Assembly: GCA_951406725.2 (NCBI GenBank)
Contig: OX597815.1
Coordinates: 174,282,001-174,346,000 of the forward strand
DNA: 64,000 nt
Direction: 5' to 3'
DNA from: Octopus vulgaris
Lineage: Eukaryota
The notes beneath the pieces were generated by a model. That model was not told the DNA's origin, did not search any database, and worked only from the letters and a program-made list of their open reading frames with translations. Below, piece after piece: positions 37,671-51,770 of this stretch. Positions within the stretch are counted from its first letter, which is position 1; each line of letters begins with the position of its first letter. Both the position numbers and the translations under genes were made by a program.

Positions 37671-38150
37671 CATCATCATTATCATCATCATCATCATCAT
37701 CGTTTAACGTCCGCTTTCCATACTAGCATGGGTTGGATGATTTGACTGAGGGCTGGTGAACAAGATGTCTGCACCAGGCTCCAATCTTGATCTGGCAGAG
37801 TTTCTACAACTGAATGCCCTTCCTAACGCCAACCACTCCGAGAGTGTAGTGGGTGCTTTTACGTGCCACTGGCACGAGGGTCACTCAGGTGATACTGCCA
37901 TGGCCATGTTTAAATGGTGTTTTTTACATGCCGCCTGCACAGGAACCAGTCCAGCAGCACTTGCAATGACCTCACTCGAATGTTTTTTTCACATGCCACC
38001 AGCACAAGTGCCAGTAAGGCGACACTGGTAATGATCATGCTTGAATGGTGCTTTTTACGTGTCACTGGCATGGAAGCCAGTTAGCTACTCTGGCAACGAT
38101 CACACTCAGATGATGCTCTTAGCACTCCACTAGCATGGATGCCAGTCATT
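37665..38150 (-). mobile_element. Older RTE 3'UTR copy with diverged hairpin subunits
   Basis: Tail plus ~4 subunits of GTGCCAC..GCAC / GCCAGT..CTGGC. Confidence 0.85.
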
Positions 38151-38152
38151 GA

Positions 38153-38194
<42 letters not shown>

Positions 38195-38401
38195 TTATTG
38201 AAACTAAAACTGAGCATTTGTCTCAAGTTGAATCTCACACCATTGTGATCTTCAGATGAGAATGTAGCAGTGTGAAACTTAAGTTATGAGACAAGCTCTC
38301 AGTTTCAGTTAAAAAAAAACAATCCTCTATAACATGTAACGAACATTCCTCTCTCATTTCTCCAACATAACAAAACGTGTGTGTATGTGTGTGTATGTAT
38401 G

Positions 38402-38439
<38 letters not shown>

Positions 38440-38907
38440 CACACACATACACACACACACACACCTTATTTAATTGATGTAAATATGGTGGCAGTAATGA
38501 GAGAACACAATAGATATAAATGTTAAAGTTTTGCAAATGTGGATTACTGGGCCTTAGACTTTTATAGCTGAATACCAACCCATCCACAACATATTTTGGT
38601 GAAATGAAATAGACTCTTTTCTGAAAATCTAGGCAGATTGATTACAATGTAATGACTGTGGACAATAGTATACATTACACACATTGTGATGTTTGTATGA
38701 TAATATTTGAAGAAGCTTTAAAGGAGGTTTACATTTTTTTACAAATCTGTGTTTGAGAAAATGATTGTCAGGAGATTTTCGAACTCTATATCAATGAGAA
38801 ATAGAAAACAGAGTGAATATAATCAACTTGGAAATGCCTGTAATTTTAGAACAGACATCAGTTTTTAATTTCCCACATAAAAGGAAAAAGGGAAATATAG
38901 ATGATGA

Positions 38908-39100
38908 TATGTGCGTGTGCGTGTTTGTGCGTATGTGCGTGTGTGTGTCTCTGCATGCATGTGTGCGTGCATGTATGCGAGCATGCACGTGTGTGTGTGT
39001 GTCTGCATGTGTGTGTGTGTGTGCGTGTGTGTGTGCGTGTGTGTGTGCGCGCGCACGTGTGTGTGTGTGTGTGTGTGAGTGTGTGTGTGTTTGCGTGTGT
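38908..39100. repeat. (TG/CG)n microsatellite
   Basis: Alternating purine-pyrimidine tract. Confidence 0.95.
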
Positions 39101-39397
39101 TCTGAGTAAAGCATCAATATGGTCAACATACACTTGTGAAAACAACTGTAGAACACCAATAGATATGATCGTGTCTTCATTTATTTGCCTTTTATAATTT
39201 CTTACACGTTCTCAGAAATTTGGAATCAGCAATCTACAGTGGGCTCTCACAATAGTTGAAACCAATTCTAGCAAAAGCTCAACGAAGTTCAATGTGTTTA
39301 AATGCTCACATGAAACCATAATACAGAAATAATTAAAGGCACTAAAAACACACACATACACATATACACATGTTGTATACATATATAAAGTTAAATA

Positions 39398-39850
39398 TCA
39401 TCATCATCATCATTTAACATCCATCTTCCATGCTGGCATGGGTTGGACAACTTGACATGAACTGGCATGGCCAGGGGCTACACCAGATTCTTTACTCTGT
39501 TTTGGCTTGGTTTTCTACAGCTGGATCCCTTCCAAATATCAACCACTCCACAGAATGTACTGGATATTTTTTTTTGTTTTTATTTGTGTGGCACCATCAC
39601 AGGTGCTTTTTAGGTGGCACTAGCACCAATACTTTTTACGTGGCACTTTGGTTTTAGGCTCTCAATTCTGTTGTGGTGGGTGGGTCTTCTGGAGTACAAC
39701 AATGCACCACATATCTCAATCCTCTGTCAGGTTCTTCGTAAGGTTCAGTAATTTGAGATTGACCCTCAGTTCTTTGTCTCATGTGTTCGTGAGTCTCTCT
39801 CTTCTACAACTTTCCTCCACTTTAAGTGATCAGCACTTCTTTATACATTT
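39398..39850 (-). mobile_element. Degenerate RTE 3' end
   Basis: (CAT)n tail, UTR, then sequence resembling the ORF end at 15300-15450. Confidence 0.65.
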
Positions 39851-40237
39851 TTACATATCTATAAAATTATATATAGCATATTTTAAAATCCAGCTGAAAT
39901 AAAAATGGCCAGATCTTCTCATGATAGTTGAACTATCAATCTAACATATGCCATTAAGCCAACAACCATTATGACAACTACCTAAGAAATGTTGAACAAA
40001 ATAAACACTCTAAAAAAAACACAAACAATTTATTGAATGAATTTCTATTATTATCAACCCTCATTTAGTTATTCTAAGATACTCTGAGATACTCACAAGA
40101 TATCAGTCAAATGTCATCAATAGTTCACCTGACTACTGTGTAAAACAGTCCAGTGTCATATAACATAGAACAAAGCCCTATCTCATATGAACAGTCATTA
40201 ACTGTAATATAAATAATAATTTTCTTTTACACATATA

Positions 40238-40625
40238 GGCGCAGGAGTGGCTGTGTGGTAAGTAGCTTGTTTACCAACCACATGGTTCCGGGTTCACCTT
40301 GAGCAAGTGTCTTCTACTATAGCCTCGGGCCGACCAAAGCCTTGTGAGTGGATTTGGTAAACGGAAACTGAAAGAAGCCCGTCGTATATATGTATATATA
40401 TATGTATGTGCGTGTATGTTTGTGTGTCTGTATTTGTCCCCCTAGCATTGCTTGACAACTGATGCTAGTGTGTTTACGTCGCCGTCTCTTAGCGGTTCGG
40501 CAAAAGAAACCGATAGAATAAGTACTGGGCTCACAAAGAATAAGTCCCAGGGTCGAGTTGCTTGACTAAAGGTGGTGCTCCAGCATGGCTGCAGTCAAAT
40601 GACTGAAACAAGTTAAAGAGTAAAG
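40238..40625 (+). mobile_element. SINE family A
   Basis: Colinear with the 14007 copy. Confidence 0.9.
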
Positions 40626-40903
40626 GTGTATATAAAATTATATATAACACATTTATAAACACACTCTATGGTAGACATGAGTGAATGAATCCTCTCACAA
40701 ATCTCAAACCATGTGTTTATTGTATACCAGATAACTGAGTTTGTTAGGCGGGAGGGGGTTGTGGGAGATGCACACGTGTGTGTTTGCATGCTTATTATAT
40801 TAAACGTTGACAGTCTACTCTGATTTCGCCCTTGGCTGAGTTGTTCACTAGTGTGCCTAACCTACCTTGCTTGTGAATAACCTATTTCTTTATCAGTTGT
40901 TTC

Positions 40904-41192
40904 ATCTTAATCAGATTCTGTTGTGTCTGGAGAGAGTCATTTTCTTTTTGTGCCTTATAATTTAACACACTCCCCGGTAAAATTTCCACTTATTTCTTAT
41001 TTTTGTTTTCCTAAAATTTTTGTTGCGTCTTGCACCCTTTTCAATGGTTTTAACTATTTTACCGGTGAGTGTGTTAAATTATAAGGCACAAAAAGAAAAT
41101 GACTCTCCCCAGACACAACAGAATATGCTTCAACACGCGAACTCACATAAAGAATCTTGCAAACCAAATCAAAAAACGAAATCTTAATCAGA
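40904..41192. mobile_element. Second P1 fold-back insertion with 12-bp TSD
   Basis: ATCTTAATCAGA at 40904-40915 and 41181-41192; arms 40915-40983 / 41056-41124; degenerate hammerhead on the minus strand at ~41010-41048. Confidence 0.75.
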
Positions 41193-41713
41193 GATATCCA
41201 TCAATTAGGGATCCATTCTATTCAATTCAAGGATTAGTAAAGTTCTACTTGTGATATTTTTTGCATTTCTCCAAGCGCAAATGCAGAACATGTGTAACAT
41301 GAATCATAAGAATCAAACTTGATTCGCATATTTCATTCACAACTAGACTATATTACACTTGAGATATTTACACCCCAGCAAGATAAAGCGTTAGCCATAC
41401 TAACCATGGTATTTATCTCAATCACACTTTAGGTGGACCCGTCTCCCCTCCGATGTGAAAAAAGAAAAGAGACTGACTACAGAGAAAGCTGTTCCTTCTA
41501 ATATTAAAGCTTATTGTTCATGAGTAGGGGGATGTTAAATTTATGGGTTTGTTCTTTTTAAATATGTAGCACATGTATATTAATGCTGTTTCATTGCAGA
41601 GTCCCCTGCTCCCTACTGTGCAAACTTTTTGACATTATGTTTTTTTACCAATGGAGGATATGCAAACCCAGTGGGAGATATAGCAGTATATTGGTGAAAT
41701 CAAGTCAATAAAT

Positions 41714-42280
41714 AATGATGATGATGATGATAGTTGTGGTGGAGCTAATGTTGATGATGTTGATGAAGATGGTGATGATAACAATAATGACAGCAGAGAG
41801 AATAATATCAACACCAATGATGAGGAGGAGGGTGGAGGAAGAGAGAGAGAGGAGGAGCAGGAGGATGAGGAGCAGGAGGACCATGACAATGATAATAACC
41901 ATGACAAAAAGAAAGTGGAGAAGAAGCAAGAGATGGAGGGAATCTGAGGAGGCGGTGGAAGAGATAGTGGAGAGGGAGACAGAAGTGGAGGGAGAAAGAG
42001 CAAATGAGATAATGAGAGAAGGGAAAAGAGAAAGAGAAAGGGAGGAGGCGGAGGAGGAGGAGGAGGGGAGGTGGATGAGAAGATGGGGGATGAGGGGGAG
42101 AAATGTGGGGAGGAAGATGGGGAGGAGGAGGAGGAGGAGGAGGCTGGGAAGGAGGAAGATGGGGAGAAAGAGGAGGAGGAGGTGCAGCAGCAGCAGCAGG
42201 ATTGATGGATGGATGGATGGATGGATGGATGGATGGATGGATGGATGGATGGATGGGTAGCCGGACGGATGGTTGGATGG

Positions 42281-42316
<36 letters not shown>

Positions 42317-42332
42317 ATGGATGGATGGATGG
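41714..42332. repeat. Compound low-complexity tract (GAT)n/(GAG)n/(GGAT)n
   Basis: Accounts for the overlapping long low-complexity ORFs. Confidence 0.95.
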
Positions 42333-42778
42333 AAAATGTGAGAAAGATGTAGGTTAAGGCCATCAGCATAGCAATTAATGTCATCAAAAGCAACAGCTCT
42401 TAGATCATTAACAGAGAACACAAATTACTGAGCCCTGGGATATATCTGAAAGAACAAGACATCCACTGAGTTCTATCAACTCATATTTTGGTAAAGCAGA
42501 TTCCAATCAAGCAAATTAATGTCATGTTAACCCACCAGGCTTCCAACTTCAACATAACATTTTAATGCAATACTGTAATATAGAACATTCACACAGAGAT
42601 TTTTAGCTAACACTGTGTGTCTTTGGATAGATTTAAGCATATTGTCTGTGTATACAATATCCATATATGATGCAGGCTTGGCAGCTTGTGTGATTAATAA
42701 ATTACAAATGTATTAACAATGTTTGGCTTCAATACTATATTGTACTATAAAATATACAGAGAGAGATTTTATGCCAAC

Positions 42779-42829
<51 letters not shown>

Positions 42830-43198
42830 ATGCATACATACATTTTAAGTTATCTCTATAAATACATAGAGATATTAAGCCAACACTTTATATAAATGGT
42901 AGATGTGGATGTCTTTTCTTTCCATACTATATTTTCATGTTATATCTTCATAAAAAGAGGGATCAGCTGGTTTCAGTCCTGTCCTGGGATTTCATTAGAA
43001 ACTGAATATATTCATTTAATACCAATGGAAGGAATGTTTATAAACATATGATTACTAAAGATTTAAGTAAATTGGATTGACAAATTGCACATATAATGCT
43101 TTCTCAACATTCATGGTATATAATCAATGTTTCTGCAGGAAGTTAAAAGCAACATGTTTGTATATGTCTGTATGGAAACAATTGGCTAAATATCTGCA

Positions 43199-43413
43199 TA
43201 AGAGGGTACTGAAAAGTTCCTGACTTTAAGGGCTTCATGGAAGGCTTGGCTGGAGGCCCAACCCTCCAAGTTCTTTTACAGGACAGAAAAATTTAAGGAC
43301 CACTACAAGAAGTGTGTGAATCTGAGAGGGAACATGTTGAATAAAATCATAATTAACTGATCCTCTTGTATTTTCTTTTACTGAAAACCAGGAATTTTTC
43401 AGCATTCCCTCAT
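43199..43413. mobile_element. Mariner-derived MITE
   Basis: TA-AGAGGGTACTGAAAAGTTCCTGAC ... ACCAGGAATTTTTCAGCATTCCCTCA-TA terminal inverted repeats. Confidence 0.75.
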
Positions 43414-43434
43414 AGATATAGTTTGTAGTACGGT

Positions 43435-43465
<31 letters not shown>

Positions 43466-43579
43466 CGACGACAGCGGCAGCGGCTGCGGCTGCGGCAGTG
43501 GCAGCAGCTGCGGCAGCGGTAGCAGCTGCGGCAGCGGCTGCGGCGGTGGTGATGATGGCGATGATGGTGATGATGGAGT

Positions 43580-43642
<63 letters not shown>
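43435..43642. repeat. (GAT)n-(GCN)n-(GAT)n triplet tract
   Basis: Direct observation. Confidence 0.95.
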
Positions 43643-44155
43643 GTTGCACTATCTGTGGTGCTAAGACATCAAATCTAATGCTTTAATTTTTTTCCAATTA
43701 TTATTTTCCTTCTTTCTCTATTCTTCTCATATTTTTTTAAATCTCAGATTACATTCTTGTAGAAAAGAAAATCATCTCAAGCATAACTTTAAGGGTAAAG
43801 TAGAGAGAACTTGTTAGTTATGCTAAGAGCATATCAATCTTTCTAGTGCTGGTGCACATTATCTGTATATGCAATGTGCTTATATGATGCAGGCGTGGCA
43901 GCTCATGTGATTAATAGCTTAATGTACATCATCTACTTTACAAAGTGTACCCTAGACACTTTATAAAGTGAATAATGATATGAAGAGCATCTCTCAATAG
44001 AAAACAGGCTGAAATGATACATACTGGCTAGATGTGGTCCCCAATTCATTCAGGAAAGCAGCAATTCTAAATAAGATCTGACTCAGTCCTTTGATAAATT
44101 GTCCAACTCATACCAACATAAAAAAGGATGATGATGGTTTTTATACTTTTATTAT

Positions 44156-44224
<69 letters not shown>

Positions 44225-44226
<2 letters not shown>

Positions 44227-44630
44227 AGTGGCTGTGTGGTAAGTAGCTTGTTTACGAACCACATGGTTCTGGGTTCAGTCCCACTGTGTGGCACCTTGGG
44301 CTAGTGTCTCCTACTATAGCCTTGGGCCGACCAATGCCTTGTGAATGGAGTTGGTAGACGGAAACTGAAAGAAGCCCATCGTATATATGTATATATATAT
44401 ATATATATGTATATGTGTGTATATGTTTGTGTATCTGTTTGTCCCCTCAACATCGCTTGACAACCGATGCTGGTGCGTTTATGTCCCTGTCACTTAACGG
44501 TTCAGCAAAAGCGACCGATAGAATAAGTACTAGGCTTACAAAGAATAAGTCCTGGGGTCAATTTGCTCAACTAAAGGTGGTGCTCCAGCATGGCCACAGT
44601 CAAATGACTGAAACAAGTAAAAAAGTAAAA
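44225..44630 (+). mobile_element. SINE family A
   Basis: Colinear with the 14007 copy; follows (TA)n. Confidence 0.9.
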
Positions 44631-45400
44631 GGCTGCGAGATGGCAGAATCATTAACATGCAAGGCAAAATGCTTAGTGGTATTTCATCCATTTTCACATT
44701 CTGAGTTCAAAGTAGATAACATAAATACCTGTTGAGAACTGGGGTCAATGTAATCGACTTAACCCAACTCCCAAAATTGCTTGAACTTGTGCTAAAATTT
44801 GAAAAATTATTATTTTATTAAAATAGCAGTGAGCTTGCAGAATCATTATCATGCTGAGCAAAACAGTGACATTTCATCCACCTTTACATTCTGAGTTCAA
44901 ATTCTGCTGGGATTAGCTTTGCCTTTCATCCTTTCAAGGTCAATAAAATAAACACAAATTGAACCCTGGAGTCAATGAAATCAACTTACCCACTCCCCAG
45001 AAATTGCTGGCTTCGTACCAAAATTTGAAACCATTATTATATGAATGCAGGCATGGAGCAACTACATGCTTTCAGATTCAGTCCCTCTGTCTGGAACCTT
45101 AGGTGTCTTATACTATAGCTCTGACTTGACTAATGTTTTTTGAGTGAATTTGGTAGACAGAAACTGTGAGGAAGCCCACTGTGTGTGTGTGTGTATAAGA
45201 GAAAGAGAGAGAGTATGTGTATCTTTGTGTCCCATCGCTTGACAGTGTTGGTTTGTTTATATTCCTGAAATATAAACAGCTCAGCAAAAGGGACTGATAG
45301 AATAAGTATCAAATAAAAATAAGTAATGGGGTCAGTTTGAGTGACTAACCTTACAAGGCTCCAGCATGGGCATAGTTCAAGGACTGAAACAAGAAAAAGT
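44631..45400 (+). mobile_element. Head-to-tail SINE cluster: B (~44631-44805), B (~44825-45035), degenerate A (~45046-45400)
   Basis: Family head and tail motifs in succession. Confidence 0.75.
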
Positions 45401-45787
45401 GTATTATAAAGCTTTCATTCATATTGTTTATACATTATTCCTTTTGCTATATATATGTTTATTTGATCTGTTTAAGGATTTCTACTGAGAAAATCTTAAG
45501 AATTTGGGAAACAGAAATGTTTACTGAAAGACTTTGTACTCTCTCCAACCATTTCACTCAGCATTTCTGCCAAAATACAAGACCCTGTGAATTCACTTAA
45601 TTGAATTACAGTGTCTGTGGTTCCAAGACATGAAATTTAATACTCTGTTTTTCTCCAATTATTATTCTCTTTCTTTCCCTGTTCTTCTTGTCCTTGTTGT
45701 TTAAGTCTCAGATTACCTTCTTGTAGATAAGGAAATCTCAAACAGAACCAGAACTCTGTGTGTGTATATATATATACATATATACAT

Positions 45788-45824
<37 letters not shown>

Positions 45825-45838
45825 CTTATATATATATG

Positions 45839-45914
<76 letters not shown>

Positions 45915-45939
45915 TGTATGTATGTATGTATGTATGTAT

Positions 45940-46128
45940 ATATGTATGTATATGTATATGTATATATGTATGTATGGATGGATGGATGGATGGATATCAA
46001 AATGTGTAGACAAATAGATAGGTACATACATATATACATACACACATGCATACGCATGCACACACACATACATACACACACATATACATACACACACACA
46101 CACATACATGCATACATACATACATACA

Positions 46129-46160
<32 letters not shown>

Positions 46161-48348
46161 AATCAAAGAGAAGCAAAATACGAGTAACCAATACAACTAC
46201 CAAAACCCCAACAACTATATTATTTTATAATGATGATAAAATGTTATATTCATTATGTGGTGGAAACAACTCACTGAATATCTCCTGGTGAGACAAATCT
46301 GTGACACCATTTCAATTCTCGGTTTAGTCATGTCACTTCATTTACGTCGTTAATACTCTTGTGAAAGTAAAGGTTTCACATAATCTAATTTTCCTTTCGC
46401 AGTAAATCTAAAGTCTTTTCCTTCTCTGAGAAATCAATATTCATTTTTATATTCATATTGCTCATGTTGATACGAGCAAATTTTACAAGAACAAGCATAA
46501 CTAAAAATCTCTCACAAAAACTGTGAATTTAAATGGAGATTACTTCAATTTTTCTAATCAAATAATCCAATATTATAATAGCTAAGCTATATATTATAAG
46601 AGGAAAGAGTACCTTCTGGATTCAAAAACAGGTTAAAATTTTCATTTACTATTCAGAAGAAGAAAAAGGCAGTGAAATTGATTAAATTAAAACAGAAGAG
46701 CATTAAACTAAATGCTGTTATCATCATCATCATCATCCTCACATTCATCATCATTATCATTATCCTCATCATCATCACATCGTTGTCATTGTCATCATCT
46801 TCATTATCATCATCATTTAACATTCACTTTTACACACATGGATCTGATGGAAATTTTTGAGGTGGATTTTCTACAGCCAAATGTCTTTCCTGTGTTTATT
46901 TTCCCATGACCCTACATGTTTTCATGGAAGATTAAAAATGGAGGGCATTGCTTGCATGATGTTGACACTCATTTAAACTATCACATGGTGTTGGGACAAG
47001 GAGACAGTAACACACACAGATGCATATCATCATCGTCATCTTCATCATTTAATGCCTGTTTTCCATGTTGACATGAGCTGATGATTCAACTTGAGCTGGC
47101 AAGCCAGAGAGCTACACCAGGCTCCATTTGTCTGCTTTGACATGGTTTCTATAGCTGGAAGCCTTTCCTAATTCCAACTACTTTACGTGTACTGGGTGCT
47201 TTTTATGTAGCACCAGCACAGGTGTTTTTTACATGGTTCCAACACAAGTACTCCTTATGTGGCACCTGCACAGGTATTTTTTTATGTAACACCAGCAGGG
47301 TCACCACATAGCTTGCAAGACATAGTCCTCTCAGCTGAGATAGGATGTGGAACAGAAGAAAATGACTGTGATTCGCAGCAGCTGCTGCTGCCACCACCAC
47401 TGCTGCTGCCACCACCACTGCTGCTGATGCTGCCGCCACCACCTATGTGACTGACGCTGACGCCACTGCCATCGCTGATGCCGCTGCTGTCGCTGACGCC
47501 GCCCCTGCTGCTGCCACCGCCACCTCTATTTTACATCCCTTTTTCATGCTGGCATGATTTGGACAACTTGACAGAAACTTGCAAGGCCAAGGTCCACACC
47601 AGGTTCCAAAGTCCGTTTTAACCTGTTTTTGAATCCAGATGGTACTCTTTCCTTTTATAATATATATCTATTATAATATTGGATTATTTGAATAGAAAAA
47701 TTGAAGTAATCTCCATTTAGATTCACAGTTTTTGAGAGATTTTTAGTTATGTTGTTCTTGCAAAATTTTGCTTGTATCAACATGAGCAATATGAATATAA
47801 AAATGAATATTGATTTCTCAGAGAAGGAAAAGACTTTAGATTTACTGCGAAAGGAAAATTAGATTATGTGAAACCTTTACTTTCACAAGAGTATTAACGA
47901 CGTAAATGAAGTGACATGACTAAACCGAGAATTGAAATGGTGTCACAGATTTGTCTCACCAGGAGATATTCAGTGAGTTGTTTCCATCACATAATGAATA
48001 TAACATTTTATCATCATTATAAAATAATATAGTTGTTGGGGTTTTGGTAGTTGTATTGGTTACTGTTATTTTGCTTCTCTTTGATTTATATGTATGTATG
48101 CATGTATCTATGTATGCATGTATCTATGTATGTATGTATGTATATATGTATGTATGTATGTATGTATGCATGTATGTGTATATGTATGTGTGTATGTATG
48201 TGTGTGTGCATGCGTATGCACGTGTGTATGTATATATATATATGTATGTATCTATCTATCTGTCTATACATTTTGATATATATCCATCCATCCATACATA
48301 CATACATATATACATACATATATACATATACATACATATATATACATA
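45940..48348. repeat. ~700-bp inverted duplication with ~980-bp spacer
   Basis: ~45940-46637 is the reverse complement of ~47616-48348; 46261-46473 and 47774-47986 are identical. The spacer holds RTE-tail fragments and a (GCC/GCT)n tract. Confidence 0.95.
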
Positions 48349-49303
48349 TGCGGTGGCGGCGGAAGCGGTGGTGGTGGTAGTACAATTTAATTTTTTTCAT
48401 TTGTATTCTCCACCAAAATTTACTTCTGAGTTTTGTCAAAACAAACTGCAAAAACCATAAGGCAATAGTAATTTTCCAAGAGACTTTATTCTTGGTTGAA
48501 ATTATTTCAGTCCATCAAATGTTACTAGAAGATGATAATGAACATCACAATATCACATTCTGTCTGAACAGTAAACCTGTGCTGTCGTATTGATATAAGA
48601 AATCACAGCACACTATAACTTATGACAGTAACCAGTATATAATACTATAGAAGAATGTTATATGATATTGCAGTATGGTGCAATAGAATACTATAACTCT
48701 CTGAAGAGTTGAGTTGATAAACAAAAAAGTATTGCTAATATATAAAAAATATATATATATATATAATTCAAGAATTCTTGCATTTCATTTGTATGCCTTG
48801 TTGCTGAAAGAAAGGGGGTTATTTCTGGCTACAATCAACCTACATTGTATTCCTTAAATTTTTTTTTATTTATATATTTATCCTTTTTTTTTTATCTTCA
48901 AACTTCTTTTCTTTTAACCAGAAAATATCTACATTAAGAAACTGATAGGAATATAATATTTCAGAAGCCCACGCTGTTATATAACAAACCAGATCTTGTG
49001 TCATCTTAAATTACATCACTCATCAATCTACAGTCATACAGCTTTCATCTGTTTATATACAACCCCATTTGAATTTGTAAGCAATTTTTCACACATGTTT
49101 ATATGAAAAACAATTAGAAAATAACTTACAAAATTATGTTTTCTAGTAACTATTCAGTCACGGATTTTAATTTCTCAAGCATTCAGTTTACACGTATTTA
49201 TATCACATGTCATAACTTTCAATATATAATACAATAACGAGCCTACAGTTTTAGATATATGTACTCATTTAGAAAACAAGCTTCAGAAAACAGTCCTTAA
49301 AAC

Positions 49304-49424
49304 ATGATAGTGGTAGTGGTGATCATGATCACGATCACGATCATGACGTCAATGATGACAAGTGATGATAATGATGATGACTATGACAATGATGATGATG
49401 ACGACGACAATGATGATGATGATA

Positions 49425-49462
<38 letters not shown>

Positions 49463-49566
49463 GATGGTGATGGTGGTGGTGGTGGTGGTGGTGGTGGTGG
49501 TGGTGAGGAGGAGGAGGAGCATGATCATGATCATGATGGTGATGAAGATGATGATGATGGTGATGG

Positions 49567-49602
<36 letters not shown>

Positions 49603-49622
49603 CGATGACAATGATGATGAGT
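49304..49622. repeat. (GAT)n/(GGT)n triplet microsatellite
   Basis: Direct observation. Confidence 0.95.
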
Positions 49623-49939
49623 GAAAGAAAGAAAAAATAGATGGTGTTTTAGTTGTAATGGAGCCTGTCTATAGGGAACACTGTGGTGAGTATAAGTAGT
49701 GTAGAGGGGATAGAAGGATATGTTCCATAAGAGTGTGAGGGGAGATGTTTAGAGATGGAGATGACATGGCTATAATGAGTGAAGGCGAGAGACTTGTGGT
49801 AGAATGAAGATAACAATTGAATTTGTTTAAAGATAAAAGCAATTATTTAGAATCAAGATCACATAGGGAGATAAAATTTACAACAAGCAATGGGATCCAT
49901 CCATTATTGTTAGAATATTTCATTTGGGAATTTTATCTC

Positions 49940-50794
49940 TATCTTTTATCTTTTATCTTTCACTTGTTTCAGTCATTTGACTGTGGTCATGCTGGGGCAC
50001 CGCCTTGAAGGGATTTTAGCCAAACAAATAGATCGCAGGGCTTTTTTTTTTTTCGTCCTGTACTTATTCTATTGGTCTCTTTTGCTGAACGACTAAGTTA
50101 CAAGGATGTAAACACACCACCACCAGTTGTCAAGCGGTGGTGCAGTTCAAACACAGATACAAAGACATGCACACATAGATGTATACATATATATAGAGCG
50201 AGCTTCTTTCAGTTTCTGTCTACCAAATCCACTCACAAGGCTTTTGTTTGGTCGGCCTGAGGCTATAATAGAAGACACTTATCTAAGGTGCCTTGCAGTG
50301 AGACAGAACCCAGAACCATATGGTTGGGGAAAAAAGCTTCTTACCACACAACCACATCTATGCCTATACTCTTTTACTTGTTTCAGTCATTTGACTGTGG
50401 CCATGCTGGAGCACCACCTTTAGTTGAGCAAATCGACCCCAGGACTTATTCTTTGTAAGCCTAGTACTTATTCTATCAGTCTCTTTTGCTGAACTGCTAA
50501 GTTACGGGGATGTAAACACACCAGAATCGGTTGTCAAGCAATGTTGGGGGGGCAAACACAGATACACACACACACACGTATGCACACACACACACACACT
50601 CATGCACACACATACATATATACATATATACGATGGGCTTCTTTCAGTTTCCGTCTACCAAATACACTCACAAGGCTTTGGTCAGCCCGAGGTTATAATA
50701 GAAGACACTTGTCCAAGGTGCCATGCAGTAGGACTGAACCCGGAACCATGTGGTTCATAAGCAAGCTACTTATGACACAGCCATTCCTACGCCT
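49940..50794 (-). mobile_element. Two tandem SINE family A copies (~49940-50365, ~50368-50794)
   Basis: Each is the reverse complement of the 14007 copy. Confidence 0.88.
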
Positions 50795-51162
50795 ATCATG
50801 ATTATTTTCTGATCAATGTAGCTTCTTAAAACGATAGCTGAACTAATTTCTCAAATTTAGATTATACGATTCATTAATTCACTAAGACTACCCTGCCATG
50901 GCTATTATCCCTTATCACCAAAATCAATTACTATGAATGACTCCACTATTTTCAGTTAATATTTACTACTAAAGTTTTCTATGCTGTCATAGGGACTGAT
51001 AAACATAGACAGGATAATATGATAGTTTCTAACTATCTTTTTTGTCACTCAATCTGTAAGGTCAAGTTGCATTTTGTTTCAAGATATTTTGGTATATCTC
51101 CAGTCTGACAGTTCTCTACTTAAAGTTCTTAAAAGTTTTTTAACCAACCAGTGTCTTTCTTT

Positions 51163-51770
51163 TATCTTTGATCTTTTATCTTTTAAGTATTTCAATCATT
51201 AAACTTGCAGCCATGCTGGAGCACTGCCTTCAAGGGTTTAGTTGGACAAATCAACACCAACACCAGTACTTATTTTTCTCAAGTCTGGTACTTACCCTAT
51301 TGGTCTTTTTTGCCAAACTACTAAGTTATGGGGATGCAAACAAAGCAACACCAGTTGTCAAGCAGGTGGAAGGGGAACACACAAACACACACACACATGC
51401 ATGCACATATGTACACACATACGCACATCCACACATACACACATGCACACACACACACATACACACACACATACATACAGACATACATACAGACATACAT
51501 ACATACATACATACAAACATACATACATACATACATACATACATACATACATACATACATACATACATACATACATACATACATACATACATACATACAT
51601 ACATACATACATACATACATACATGTATGACAGGCTTCTCTCAGTTTTTGTCAACTATATCTATTCACAAGGCTTTGGTCAAACTGGAGCTATTGTAGAA
51701 GACATTTGCCCAAAATGCCACACAGTGGGACTGAATCTGAAACAATATGGTTGGAAAACAAACTTCTTTA
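51163..51770 (-). mobile_element. SINE family A with expanded (CATA)n
   Basis: Tail and head motifs flank a ~245-bp microsatellite. Confidence 0.8.

Noticed and set aside
41600-41693. Exon [30 protein letters not shown]
   Set aside because: Weak donor, two frames open, no recognised homology.
41635-42421. Longest ORFs (252 and 238 aa)
   Set aside because: Low-complexity (GAT/GAG/GGAT)n translations open in several frames.
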